The position numbers and the translations under genes were made by a program. From positions 1-64,000 of the forward strand of contig OZ287699.1 in the NCBI GenBank assembly GCA_965649825.1: a stretch of 64,000 nt of DNA, written 5' to 3'. Source of the DNA: Penicillus capitatus. Its lineage: Eukaryota; Plantae; Chlorophyta. Below, piece after piece: positions 51,194-64,000 of the stretch. The notes beneath the pieces are model-generated. The model had not been told where the DNA came from. It did no database searches and saw only the letters and a program-made list of their open reading frames with translations. Every line of letters starts with the position of its first letter. Position 1 is the stretch's first letter.

Positions 51194-54100
51194 TTATAAC
51201 AGACATCCTATCCCTTTACCATTTTCACTCCGTTGATCGGACCATTTCCTACACAGCTGCCGATCGCTGCCAAGAACACGGAGACATTGTGTTGTGTGCC
51301 AGACCTGAATGGTGTTACGGAAGGGCACAATCAGAACAACGAGCAGTGCAACGAAGACAGGCCAATACGAGGCCTTCTCATAGTCCACATTCTCTGCCTC
51401 TTCTGACTGTCCACATTCCACCTTCATGTCTCCAATATAGATCTAACCAAACGGTTCATCGATCGCATTCATGAGTAGATGCAGAGACGAATAGAGTGAC
51501 CTCTTTGCGAGAGTGCGCGTCGAGAGCTATGGTTTGGGATGGCAATGAGCATGTGGCTTCCAGTCCCTTGTTCATGACTTTGAAGATGTACTTGCCAGGA
51601 TAAGTCAGGTCTATCTCGAACCATCCATTGAAGTAGGGCTCGAGAATCGACACCGTTCTGGTGCCACCATCGCTGCGCACCACTCTCATGACATGGATTT
51701 CTGTCGCTGTCAAATGCTCTGGATCCACATCGACAGCGCCATTCACATTCACAGTTCCATCATCCCTGCAAGCAGACATCCCAAACGTCAAATCACGCTG
51801 TCGATCAGGGCATCGACTTGTAGACAACGAAATGGACGTCTTCGAGATCTGTATAGTCTTGAAGATGGTTGTCATGTTGAATCGAGGCTTGAATGGAAGA
51901 TGGCCAAGCTGCTCGAACAGATCCCACTGTCAGGACAGAGATCGTATACTTGATCGAAGGTCTAAGGTTCTGAAGATGGAATTGTCCTTTCTTGTCGGAC
52001 TGGCAAGACTCTTCATCATCTTCAGCAGAACGGGCAAGGATGGACACATCAGATACAGGCTAAAGGGCAGGCACATCCATAAACGGCACTGCCAGAAATG
52101 ATTCGCCTGACCGAACCTGTCGGTTGAGACTGGTCACGTTGCCAAAGACAGAGAAGCCTGTTCGTTTTGCCTCGAACTGGACGCGTTCGTCCAAAGTGCC
52201 ATCGACTTCGATCTGCACAAACGGTGGATCGAAATTGTATTCCTTCAGCATCGGCTTGATGTAGTAGGAATCTGCGGGAAGCTTCCAGAAGGATACCACA
52301 CCATTGGCATCGGTCTGGGCATTGCTGCGATGTTTGTGCCGAGATCCAGCCAGAGCAATTAAAACGCCGCTCTTGTCTTCTTTGTTCATGGAGACGATCA
52401 CTTCCATTCTGACAAGCTTTAGGCAGACCACAGAAAAAGAAATGTTCTCCCCGTCTATTTTCGAGATAACGAATTCGTAGCCTTGCTTCTCGATGATGAT
52501 ATCGACATCCGTGTCAATGTCATAGTATGGTCCAAATGAGAAGGTTCCTGTTGCAGATGATGTGACTTGACCCACAACGACGCCCTTCAGCACAAGCTGA
52601 ACATGTGCATCCTGAAGGACTGGCCGAATGGTCCCAGTCACAAACGTGCCATGCCTCGCCGAAAACGGCTGTAGTTGTGGCGGACACTGGATGCCGGAAT
52701 GCGAAAACTCCAGTTTCTGGGGATTGAAGAGAAGGCTCTCGTGCAATGGAGTGATCTGTGGATTCATAAGTGAGAATGGATGAGTCCTGGATGGATGAAG
52801 AGGTCATTCTCTACCTCATAGTGTTCGCCGAGGATACCACTGAAGTCCATGACCATCTCTCCTTGCTTCGATCCGGGAACGGCAACAATCTCTTCCACGT
52901 GATCGGCTGTCGTCGATTTCACACGTGCGGTGATCTCTGCCGTGTCCATATCTGAGGGCAGAAGGATCGTGCCTCTTGCTTTGAAACCGGAAGCAGAGAT
53001 GGCAAGAGTGGCTGAATCCGTAGGATCAATAACCATATTCTGGCAACAAACGCATTTCCATTCCCAACGAATGCATGCCTTGTTTTTTCACGCACTTTGC
53101 TAAATGTAAAGCATCCGGATTCTTTAGCGTTGACAGTGTGCGGCTCGTCAGATGTGAAACAGAGATGATGCACCATGCCTTCTTTGTAGAAACCTGAAGC
53201 CACACGAATGTCAGATGACCTGAGATCCCAACCAACCAGATCTGTTCACGACCATCTTTGAGATACTGCGTTCCGGGTCCATCAAATTGCAGCTCTGCTT
53301 GATGCGTCAACCTACATCGAAAAGGGTCAGGTGTGGATGGAGTGGTATGACCGCTTCCTTACATCAGTTTCTTTTCCAGACCAATCTGCTGAAAAGGCGG
53401 CGCTTCGAGATCATTTTCGCCGAGAGCAATTTTCATTTCGGTCTCTTTCCAACACCATCCGTCTCGCTGAATCTGTCATTCATAGAAAACGGAAAGGGTA
53501 AGGGTTCGTAGGGGAGAGATGTCATGTCATGTACTTCCAAGTGGTACTCCTGAGGAGAAATGCTCTCAAAGACGCCACGATACGTGTTTCCATCTTCGGA
53601 GCTCAGTTTCAGGCCAGCAGTTACTGTCAGTGTTCGCGTAGCTCCATCGTCCGGAAATCTCAGACGACATGAGACATCTCCCCACACAGACTGCGGCAGT
53701 TTCTCTATGGCGATTGCGAGATGCACTTTCTTCTGGATGAACTTGATGCCATCCAACGGCTGGTCGACCACATGTATTCTCCTGGACTTTGGTGCAAACA
53801 CCACCTCACTCATGACCTCCATTGTGTAACGATCGGGTTCGAGCATCAAGCAGAACTCTCCATCGTTGTCAGTATGGATTGTCTCAGCAATCTCAACAGA
53901 TACCACTGTTGATCGGCGTCATTGCAGGAGGCAACGTACTCCAGACGATCGCGTCAGTCGGACGGTGTATATCTGCCGTTCGTCGTCCTCTTTTCCAACA
54001 ACCGATCCACAGACAGCGTATGCAGATGGAGAAACAACCGGAACCTCGTACTGAAAAGGAGTAAACTGCAGCAGAACACAGCACACGTCGCATAAAGACT

Positions 54101-55664
54101 GACAGATATCGTGTGATCAACCCTGAGGCCTGTCAGAGACTCAAACACCATTCCTTCCTTGCCAAAGTCAAGATCGACGGCACCATCTCCAATATCGTGG
54201 AGAATATAAGATCCATCCTCTCTCGACGTCCGTGCTGCAAACAACGGTTGCTTTGCAGATAAGAGGGTCAGAAGAAGTGGTGCCCTACCGTAAGCCTTGT
54301 CTTTGGTGGTGATCTGAACATCCGGTATGCTCTTGTGTGTCTCTCGATGCTGGACGATGCCTAAGACAGAGAAGGCTGTCACTTCTATCGCTCTGGTAAT
54401 CTCCGAGTCTCCCAATGAAACGTCCACTTGCATTTCTGCCGGAGAAAAACGATAGACGCGCTCTTTGTCGAGACGGGAACTGCCGCAACATATCTATCAC
54501 TGTTACTCAGTGCTACTGTAGGTACCTTGGAACGATGATGTATTGGCCGCACGGGATTCTGTCAAACGCGAAACGGCCCTCTTCGTTCGTCTTTGTCATC
54601 TTCAAATCCTCTCTATCCTTACTGTCTTCTACAATGAATCCCAAAAAGAGTGAGATAAAAAGAGTGATGACAGGAGGACGGACGTGAAGATCGAAGTAGC
54701 TGAATGTTGATATCTTCTAGCGGCTGTCCTTTCCAAGCAACTGTTCCTGTCAACCTGAAGCCTACACGTGATATCCATGATGCATGCTAGAATACCGTCT
54801 CTGGTGCAAACCTTGGACAGTGTAGGTCGATTCGAGCACGACAGACTCCCAACCGAGATGAACAGGGATGCCATCAACAGGACCTTGGAGATCCCATACG
54901 GGATGCTCCGCACGAACCCGGTATTCTCCAGGCATAACACCTAAAGGCGTCCAAGAGCATTCCAGTCACATCTGCCGCATTTACGATACTATCGAACGAG
55001 AACGAGCCATCCTTGTTGCATGGCACTTGTGTCAACGGCTGTCCACCTAGTTGAGAGACGCTTATGCCGATCTCCTCCTGTACTGGCCGAGTGGTCTTGC
55101 CTTTCTGTGAGAGGTGTACTGTGATGGAATCCATTGCTGGATTCGATTGATGCAAACAGCCATTCGATTCCGAGGCTCGAATCTTTCCATGAATCGAAAA
55201 TCCATTGACTTCAAAGATCACATCATGGCCAGCGTTGCACTCGGACGCTCCACAATCGATCATTTTTTGAACAGGCGTAAAGGACCATCCTTGAAATCCC
55301 TTTGGCTTAACGATGTACTTTCCTTTAGGCAGGGACACATTTGGCACATCCCTCCCGTTCTTATGAGGTATGATGTGACACCTGGCTTGCTGAGAGGAAT
55401 GAAGAAGTATCCATCCGGCGCACAATCCGTGTCCATCAACCGAGCTCCACTCAAGGAATGCACTTCTACTTTCACTTGTGTGAGCTTAACATTGCTGTCG
55501 TCTGTGCTGGACAGGGCGACGCCCACCTAAACCCGATAGTCCTCAAAAGCGAGACACATCTACGTGAATACTTTAATAAATCCATGAACTCCGAGCAGAT
55601 CCTCTGCAGAAGAGGGTGCTGCGAGTGTAAGAGTGAGAAGAGTGAGAAGCGCCGTTCTGCGCAT
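51194..55664 (-). CDS. NOMO1: Nodal modulator (NOMO / BOS complex subunit); last exon uncertain
   Basis: Signal peptide MRRTALLTLLTLTLAAPSSA, then GVHGFIK, DCAPDGYFFIP, KGFQGWSFTP, CNAGHDVIFEVNGFSIHGKI, GTFSFGPY, YYIKPMLKEYNFDP, RTGFSVFGNVTSLN, and a C-terminal TM. Confidence 0.9.
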
Positions 55665-55936
55665 AGTGGGGTCGGCGGGCGGCAGCGACGTCTGCACTTT
55701 GAAGTCCGGGAGTCGTCGGATTGATGATGTGACATGATGTATAACACCATACGATAGCTCATAGTGTCACAGTAATGCAACCGACATCCAAATCACTTTC
55801 AAAAGGACCAATGCCGTTAGTCGACAATAAAAAGTCGAAGCGCATTGGACGGAAATGAAAACTTCCTCAGATCCTCGAATTTAAGAATAGCGATGATGAA
55901 GATAGGTAGTACACAGAGGAGCCACAGCCAGTGAAG

Positions 55937-57625
55937 CTAATGCAGTCCTGTCAGAATGCGATCAATCTTTCTGCGGCAGATGGGACATCGACTTCTCTCT
56001 GACAAATAGACTTGGAAGGCACAAGAATCGCATACACAGCGATGAACACTGTATGGCACAAGATGCAAGAGGGATTCCATGAGCTGAAGCTTACCTATCA
56101 CCATGAAGAAATCCAGCAGATTGCGGTTTATCCATACACACGACACAAATACCACCATTGATATCATTGTCATCCGCTGCGCCGTTGTACACAGAAATGT
56201 GAGCGGCATTCACTGGACCATACAGAAAGAGGTTATTGATAGCTATTTTTTCAGATCCCTGAACGCACCATCCACAATAGACATAGGCGTGGTGTTCTGG
56301 CATGGATCATTTTCATTCTCAGCAATGCTTCTGAAGATGGACACAGGAATATGTGAAAAGGATGTCGGACTCCGTTGACAGCAAGCAAGTCACCTGATGT
56401 CCTGGGAGATTGGCTCGTCTTCTTGAATGGTGGGATGGATCAGTTGGGGACCTTCGGCATTCACTACACCGTCCGTTATCTGTCTCGATTCAGCGAGAAA
56501 GAGATTGGGGATCTCACATTGCAGTTGTTGCTGAATGATCGTTTCGACCTCTTCCTCATTGATCACCCTTTTGAGTCTGTTAAGATTGGCAACTCCATTC
56601 CGAAACGTCGCGCTGAGAGAAATCGACCAAGCAGAGTTGGTCTCTTTGGCGGAGGCAACTCCGATAGGTTGACGGTGATTTGGCCCCAATATCTATCAGA
56701 CAATCACCATGCATTCCCCAAAGATGGATGGCTGCGGCCTTTCGACCACTCTTAATCTGTCCGATGCCAATTCGGCATGAGCATTTGTCAAGTCAATATA
56801 AGATACAGGATTCCGCGTAGAATAGCCATCGTATATGATCATTGTCTTTTTGAGACATTGCATGTGATCTGGATCTGATGTGGTGTACAGAGGAACAACA
56901 GTGACCCAACGGGACAGCCATGACACATCCGCATGCAAAAACTGCGTTCGCACCTACATTCGCCGTATTCATGCGTCTGAACAGATGGAGCATTTGGCGT
57001 GGACATACCATCAATTCATCGGCAAAGTATCCATAACGATCAAAAGAAATAAGCCATGGGGTGTATATGTTCCTGGGGGCATTCGCGATCAAGCACAGAT
57101 CCAGTACTGTTCGATTATGTGTGTTCCTGACAAACGGATTTGCACCTGACAGCAAACATGTGCAGCAGAAGTTGATCTATCAGCAGATACCGTGTCTCAA
57201 GAGCGCCTCGACGATTCCATTGGAACGCCATTTATAGTAAACAGCCTCGTGCAACGCAGATCCGCCAAAATCTCTTGCGCTGATGTGATGTACATTAACA
57301 TCATGTCTCAACAACTAAGGGGAACACCCATCCTGCTAACAACTGTTATTCAGTATTGCGATTCTGCAGAACCTCTAGGACGCAATTGACTTGTCCCTTT
57401 TGCGCGGCAATGATGAGAGGCGTCCTTCCTTTCCCATCTTGCCAGTCGACCAAACGACGACGGCTCTCCGGATCGTCCACTTCCGATAAAAGCGACTAGA
57501 CACAGGTCGGAGCTTCAGAAGTCTTTCCGGATAGCTTCCTATCGCACTTGTATCCGTACGCTATTGCCTTTGCGTGAGGCTTGATAGACAGCAGAATCGT
57601 GCGACCTCGACACTTCGTTTCCCAT
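55937..57625 (-). CDS. XBAT35-like ankyrin + PH-like + MDM2-type RING E3 ligase, paralog C
   Basis: MGNEVS, AVYQASRKG, VDWQDGKGRTPLIIAA, GGSALHEAV, GANPFVRN, RWVTVVPLY, then CVVCMDKPQSAGFLHGDSVHRCVCDSCA..CPICRRKIDRILTGLH*. Confidence 0.88.
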
Positions 57626-58565
57626 TCGAAGAGACAATTCTCGTTGCGCTTTTGGCGCTGCAAACACGAGGCTTTTGTTCCCGAGGCTCCTTTAGAAGAC
57701 AATGAGCTGAAGGCCAAGCAGCAATGAAAGTGTTGCGATCATTGTATGCCATCGATGCAAATGCCATAAAAATCTCGTAAAGGCGACGTAACGATTGAGA
57801 CCATCCGTTTGACGTCGCATCCAAACCAGCGGAATCTCCCAGAAGAGATCCCAACAGAAGATTCCAATCGCGGCAGTAAACACTTCCAGAGATCATACAA
57901 TTCGCATCGCTCTTACTCCAATCTCCTGCGAGTCCATCTGATGACGGTTGTTGTTATGTGAGAAGATGATAGCGTCATCGTGATCTGTCGGAACATTATT
58001 ACAGGAAGGATGACAAGAGAGAGGTTGACAATGACATGTGTGATGGAGAGAACAATGACAAGGTCGGCAGTCGAATTCAATGGGACAGGAGCAGAAATGG
58101 CCGAAAGAAATGAAGAATTTGGATCATTGGATCTCTCTGCAGTGAGCAGCTTCTTCGGCGATTCCGTTTCTCTCTGCGAGCCTATGAACAGGGACGCGTA
58201 GAAAAACTGTTAGGGCGCATGCACCGTATGCGCTTTTGAGAGTCGGATTGGCGTGAGACGACGAAAACAGAGAGAATACTGTTCACGACCGTTCGCATTT
58301 CCTCGACGAAGAGTTTCTTGACGGGACCAGAATCGAGGCGAAACGTCCTAACCGTTGGTGGACAATCAAACTTGAGCATTCAGTCTGTGCAGGAGTCGGT
58401 CGAGTGAAGCCACAGCCCACGGCATGGAGTAAAGGTCGGAGTCAGGAACAGTTCTCCTGAAGGAAACGGGTCCCGCGATTCTCGTGGCCTTGTCGACTGT
58501 CTTGGTATGACGATGACGTAAGGCGTGCATTCCTGCTCGGCACCACGTATCTGCTTCCGCGCGAT

Positions 58566-59105
58566 ATGCTCCTTCCGTTTTTGAAAGCGGACAAGGAACA
58601 AAATTCGACGCGGTTGTTTAGCAAAACACATTCATATATTGTCGTCGATGGCGTTGTCACTCATATTCTCGACATGAGCGCGTTGCCGCCAGCGGACCCC
58701 GTCGAAGACGCTTTCGTACGATTTTGCATTTCAGACAAGCTGCCGTGCTTTCATTGCTGGAATGCTTCTACGATAGAAGAGTGCAATACGGTCATGAATT
58801 TGGAACGCGTCCACGGAAAGCGGTTATCGAGACATATTTGGATTTCGATGGGTAATAAAAACGATCGAGCAAAGTCGCACTTCGAAACGGCGGCTTGGAC
58901 AGTGAAAGCGACAGTATTGAACAGATGTGCAGCGTGGTGGCATCACGCTCGTTTGCTTTCTGTAGCAGACCGTCTGGAGTCCACCATGGATGGATTTCAC
59001 AAGAGATCACTTCTTTTGCGTCTGACACGACTTAAAGCGTTGTCGAATGAGAAACGACAATTCGAAAAGAAGACGAATGTTGTGAAGATAGACACACTCC
59101 TGTGA
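58566..59105 (+). CDS. Hypothetical protein (intronless ORF; probable start MSALPP at ~58674)
   Basis: 179-aa ORF with protein-like composition. No domain recognised. Confidence 0.3.
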   Translation: MLLPFLKADKEQNSTRLFSKTHSYIVVDGVVTHILDMSALPPADPVEDAFVRFCISDKLPCFHCWNASTIEECNTVMNLERVHGKRLSRHIWISMGNKNDRAKSHFETAAWTVKATVLNRCAAWWHHARLLSVADRLESTMDGFHKRSLLLRLTRLKALSNEKRQFEKKTNVVKIDTLL

Positions 59106-60081
59106 TCTTCAGCATTGGAAGTACAGTTGGCCACCCGTACGACTGCTCGTGTATTGCACGTTCATCGATATGGCTTCTGGATTGTTGTGTACGACACGTG
59201 CCGTGGAGTGACTCTCTCTCTCTCTCTCGCTTTCTTGTCATTATACTGTGGGTAGGGGTTGCCTCGCTTCCGATATCATGAAATCCTTGAATGCATCCGG
59301 GCGGTTCAGACGATCGACATCGATGCGTTTCGCACTCTTGCAGCATGTAAGAGAAGACGGCCGCCGTGTCCATTTCGTCAGACACAATCGAATTCGGAGC
59401 ACTGTCTCCATAGACTGTATTGTCTCGGTATGAAAAATCTGGGAACTGTACTTGCTACATGCTCTTCCCGACACCACATCTCAACACTCCGACACCGCGG
59501 CGTGAAGGATCATTTGCGACTGTGCTGTCAGATAACTCTCATTCGCCAAAGAAGTCTGCGTCCGTGCGAACTGTTTCCTTCCTATCTCTGCCACCGAGCC
59601 GCTCGCGGATCCGTGTTGTTCACGATTCCGCGAGCTACTGCTGCGCTATCTGGCTGTACAGGCGCTGTACTGGATAAGCGGTTGGTGCCCTGGCCTGCAT
59701 TCATAGCAACCAATGTACTCTTCTGGCCGACGAAGCTCGCAAAGCGGTTCTTTCTTCACGGACATGCACAATTAAACTGTCACCAGATATTCGAAGGGAC
59801 GGGTCTCTTTTCGCGTCGTCGTGGTGAGCAAACAGGTACCCTGTCTTGAGCATGTGCCTTCGTTCAGGACACTATGTCTCTATAGGATACCTCTATTTGC
59901 TGCCTCGTTGTCTGGGGAGTAAGGAGTCAGAGTTGACGGTTGCACCTTCTGCACCTAAATCCATCGTGTACTGCTCCTCCGTCTTCTCCTCTCATTCGGA
60001 GTTCGTCTCACGACACGCGTTTCCCCAAATCCTTTCCCTCGACCCAAGCCTCGGAAGACTCGGAAGGTAGTCCTACGCCTC

Positions 60082-61833
60082 ATGGGTTCTGCAGTTTCCG
60101 TACCTCCACAATTAGCCATATATCAAGCGGCCTGTGCTGACCGGCTCGATGACATAAAAGTACATCCCGAACTCAGATGACGACGGAGCTCTTTAACAAC
60201 GCCCCTGGTCGCAGAATGCTTTTTTGGACGAGTTTGGAGAACAGACTCCTGCTCGATGCCTTGATTGGGAAGATGAGCAAGGATACACGGCTCTCTCGAT
60301 CGCCGCCCGAGAAGGGCGCGCTGCTTGCGTAAGACTGGTACGTGTTTCTTATCCTTGTACGTTAGAGTGCCGTTATGCTCTCTGACAACGTCATACCGAG
60401 ACAACACTGGCCCTGTGCTCAGTTGCTTGAACTCGGAGCAAATTGTCGACACTCCAGTCGGCGACATGGAAGAGGGACAGCATTGCATGTAGCTCTGGGA
60501 AGCCCGACTCTCTGCGTTTCAGTCATAGACTGCCTCCTCCTAAACGGTAAGATCACACCGTACGCGATTCCCCCACAGATGCCCCACATGGCTTGGCAGG
60601 TGCAAATCCGTTTGAAGAGAATGCTCAACGTGTGACGCCGTGGGAGATGGCGGCGGCCAAAGGAGAGCCGAACATCCTCAGAAAGTTTGAAAAACAGAAA
60701 GCCTTTTTTGCGCATCAGCTTCGCGTCAAGATTCATGGAGACACCGCCCAAGATCGACGAAGATGGGTTTGTGTCCTTCCACGATACACCTATCGCTCCT
60801 CCGGCGTATCGTATCAAACCTTAGCATCGACGTCGCTTTACGTTTTTGACTCCATCCAGTCAACAGCTCCTGGAATCAAGATGAACTTGAGATGCATAAA
60901 GAAACCCACCATCCGCCGAACAGCATCAACCGTCAAAGTCTATCTGGTCCGTATCGCCGCCATTCTCGGCAGCTTATGATGTCGACTGCTCGTGTGTCAC
61001 ACAGTGTCCTGTCAGCAACACACATCCTTCGTATCGAGCTGCCGAGTTGGAGTTCGTTTTTGATATGAGCTCTGACCATCAGCTTCTGTTGAATCACTTC
61101 CTCAAAATCCTCCACAAAAACATGAACATTCCATCAGCTTGGCGGCGAGGTAAGGATGCTGTGCCTACATGCATTGCACCTGAGTGTCCATCCTGCTAGA
61201 CGACATGGTTCCAGATGTCGGTATGGATTCGGCAAGTGATATTTGCGTGCTCAGAGAGGAACGCAGAGAAGGAGCAGCACGCAGCGAACGTATGCAGCAC
61301 TCTGCTGCCACGGCTTCAAGATCAAAGTCATCGTCGTGGTCCGATTCAAGGTCTGTCTTCGTACCCATCTCCTCGCAGCCGATCTCTGAGAGATGTATGG
61401 CGGGTGGCAAAGGTCATTCCACATTGGTCCACTGACTCCGTGGGATACCACACCAGTGATCCGACACAAATCACTGCGCCGATCTGTATCCGGTCCGCTT
61501 TCACTCGAGAGCACTGAGAAGCGTAAGGCGGACGCCATCGAACTGCAAGATAGAGCCTTGAAGGCGAGATCGCATCCAAGGGACAATGGACATGGCAACA
61601 GTGGACGTTGCGTGATTTGTCTTGAGAGACCTCAAGAAGCGGGTTTCGTCCACGGCTCCAGGTGACCCCTACTGCCTGAAAACAAACAGACAGTGTTCAC
61701 CATGACTGTGTATGTACGTAGCATACATCGTTGTGTATGTCGACAATGTGTGCGTCATTTTGAAGGACAGGGCAAAGAGAAATGTCCCATTTGTCGTAGA
61801 GCGATCGAACACGTTGTTACCGATTTTTACTGA
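60082..61833 (+). CDS. XBAT35-like ankyrin + PH-like + MDM2-type RING E3 ligase, paralog D
   Basis: MGSAVS, AIYQAAC, LDWEDEQGYTALSIAA, GRGTALHVA, GANPFEEN, RRWVCVLPRY, then CVICLERPQEAGFVHGSSIHRCVCRQC..CPICRRAIEHVVTDFY*. Confidence 0.88.
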
Positions 61834-62690
61834 TACCTGACAGACATTCTTTCTGTCGTGGACAGTCGTCAGTCAGTGGGTGATATTCTTGGATTCTCTG
61901 AACGATCGTTTCTTAGAAAGAAGGATTCAAACTAATTTTTTTGTGTCATGACTTTTCTGACATGCAGAGGGTACGTGGCAGGTGAACATGGTCTGTACAT
62001 GACAGCAATCTGCCACCCACATTCCTCGCTGTTTCCAAGTTCTATACGGTTAGCATTTCACACGTCTTTTCTGACACCTTAGTCTTTCAGCACTGACCGC
62101 ATCCGAGCGTTCAAAATCATCCAATGGGTTTGGTTTCCACTGATCGTTCAGGATGAGCACAGCTGGGAGCAGCACATTGGGCCTGTCTGCCTTGCGGCAG
62201 GCCAGATGTGCCATATCCGGTCCCTGTGTCCGGGGTATTCTAGGAAGATCACTTTGTGGACTCTATTGATGATGTTATCGTTGTCGTCGTTGTGAAGACT
62301 GTCTTATCATTTGATTCGGATCGAATACCTTGTAACAGATCCTTGTTCTCTGGATCCAATACATCTGCGTCACCGTTTCGGCTCGAGATCGCTTTTTAAA
62401 TAGCAGGCAAACAGACAACACATGGGATCAGTTAAGGAGATTGGGTCCGGAGAAGGCAGATTTCAGAGCAGAAAATAGCAAAGGAAACAGAAACCTAAGA
62501 TGGACGGACGCCAAGATGCACGGATGATAACGAATCAGACTGCAGAAACACATCCACCGAGAATCAGCTTTATTGCTGCTAACTAGGACTATTCGGTAAC
62601 GCTTGTTTGCATGTGTACTGCAAGGTGTTCCAACATTTCTGCCATGGATCGGCACAAACAAAAAGAGAAGGCATCATCCATCTTTCTTGC

Positions 62691-64000
62691 TTAGCTGGAT
62701 CTTGACGAGTTGCTGGAAGGGAAATCGTTCAAATGTGTGTGTGGTCTTGTGTTGTATCTGGTTGGATGGACGACACAGTAAAAAGAAACATGCACGTCTT
62801 TTTTAAAGGCGATGTGGAGTGAAGGGTCTCTCCTTGAGGGAGAACCCGTTCCAATGAAATATTGTTAGACCTCACACAGTCTCGGAGCAACAGTCACAGG
62901 GGTCTGTGTTGTTGTGTTCGCTCTTGTCTGTTTGTTCAACGATCTCTGCTTTTAATACATCGGAATCTATCGAGGGCGCACTGGACAAAGAAAATGAAGA
63001 CATCTCCTGCCTAGCCGAAAACAAAACGGATGCCGAATCCCGTATTCGTCGATTCTCTTTCCAGATGTCTGAAAGACAGAACACACGACATCAGATGGGA
63101 CGGCAGTCCATAGGGGAGGGAGTCGTTACTTCTTATGCAGGCACTGGTGCTCAAGCCGTCTTCGATGTTGATGATTTTCACCAGACGCAAACACGTGTCG
63201 TCAGTTGAAGTAAAAGACAAGCATAGATCAAACAATGATGATCCGGCCGATTTATTAGTCACGGCCCAATTCGACGTCAAAACTGAATCGATTGGAAGTA
63301 TCTGCAACAGACAGACATGGCATAGGTGTGAGAGAGATGTCATTGGAATCGGCAGGTCGGTGAGTAGGTACCAATCGCACACTGCTTCCGTTTGGATCCT
63401 GCTGGAGTTCGGCTTTGGCTTCGTAGAGGTCCATCTCCAGCACTGGTTCATCGTGACCGGATTCATAGATGTGCATCGTTTTGCTGATGCGGCGAAGGTC
63501 CTGCAGTCGATCACAGCACGCGTAACGCGGAGCAATGAACACCAGATAGTCTTTCTCCAATCCAATTGTTTCCTCAGTTCCCTGTAGATGCACAGCAACA
63601 ACGCAGTGCGTTACTTCCTACTGAGAGGGCAGTGCAGATGCGCGTTACTTGAATTGTCAGGCTTCCTTTCAGCACCTCCTGGAAGAGTAGCTCTTCAGTC
63701 GTCATCAAACTACGATCACCACCACTGAGATCAGCCGCGGTAACGCGATTGCTATTCTCCACAAGAGGATTCGAATCTAGAATCGATCGGGCATCGCAAC
63801 ACAGAGCAGGCCGCCAAGGGCTTACGGTATTTGAGAAGAAGTTGTATGATTTCATTTGGCAGTTGGTTTGCGATGGCAAGATGCAAAGCAGTTCCTTTAT
63901 TCTTCTGTCTGTTTGTATGATACACATTCGCGCCATGTCGTAGCAACTGATGACACAGCACAGATCGATCCGGTAGGCCTTTTGAAAGAAGAAGGGTACC
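62691..64000 (-). CDS. XBAT35-like ankyrin + PH-like protein, paralog E (5' end outside window; no RING found)
   Basis: LLRHGANVYHTNRQKNKGTALHLAI, SNPLVENSNRVTAADL, YLVFIAPRY, KTMHIYESGHDEPVLEMDLYEA. The 3' exons end near 62.7-62.8 kb with no RING motif. Confidence 0.72.

Noticed and set aside
59213-59229. (CT)n microsatellite
   Set aside because: Short and ordinary.
17437-61833. Functional clustering of ubiquitin-system genes (UCH, DEUBAD, RING E3s)
   Set aside because: They are interspersed with unrelated housekeeping genes, and local paralog expansion explains the density.

Overview
Gene-dense eukaryotic nuclear DNA in the standard genetic code, with very short introns (mostly ~45-60 nt). 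It is most likely a compact-genome green alga: it has a plastid-targeted TPR protein, a SnRK2-type kinase, XBAT35-like and TDBD plant-type domains, and the basal-body protein CEP135. The species cannot be determined. Positions 1-5934 are a GC/CpG-rich nested macrosatellite (566-bp core plus 2-11 copies of a 56-bp hairpin repeat) that ends abruptly next to a two-OB-fold RPA1-like gene. The rest holds about 25 multi-exon genes. These are an EamA transporter, a sulfotransferase, DDX52, a UCH deubiquitinase, a large Pmp-type beta-helix membrane protein, PCC1, CEP135, NDUFAF7, two STIMATE paralogs, TIM44, an NFRKB/DEUBAD protein, a patatin, a kinase, NOMO and five divergent myristoylated ankyrin/XBAT35-like paralogs. 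The most interesting signals are: (i) the XBAT35-like family, three members with an MDM2-type C2H2C4 RING and two without a RING; (ii) the nested hairpin satellite, which resembles an rDNA spacer or subtelomere; (iii) an RPA1 paralog lacking RPA70N and DBD-C; (iv) at least ten frame-required GC-AG introns, several with degenerate donors; (v) gene pairs whose start or stop codons overlap on opposite strands. All gene models were spliced by hand, so terminal coordinates are approximate where stated.
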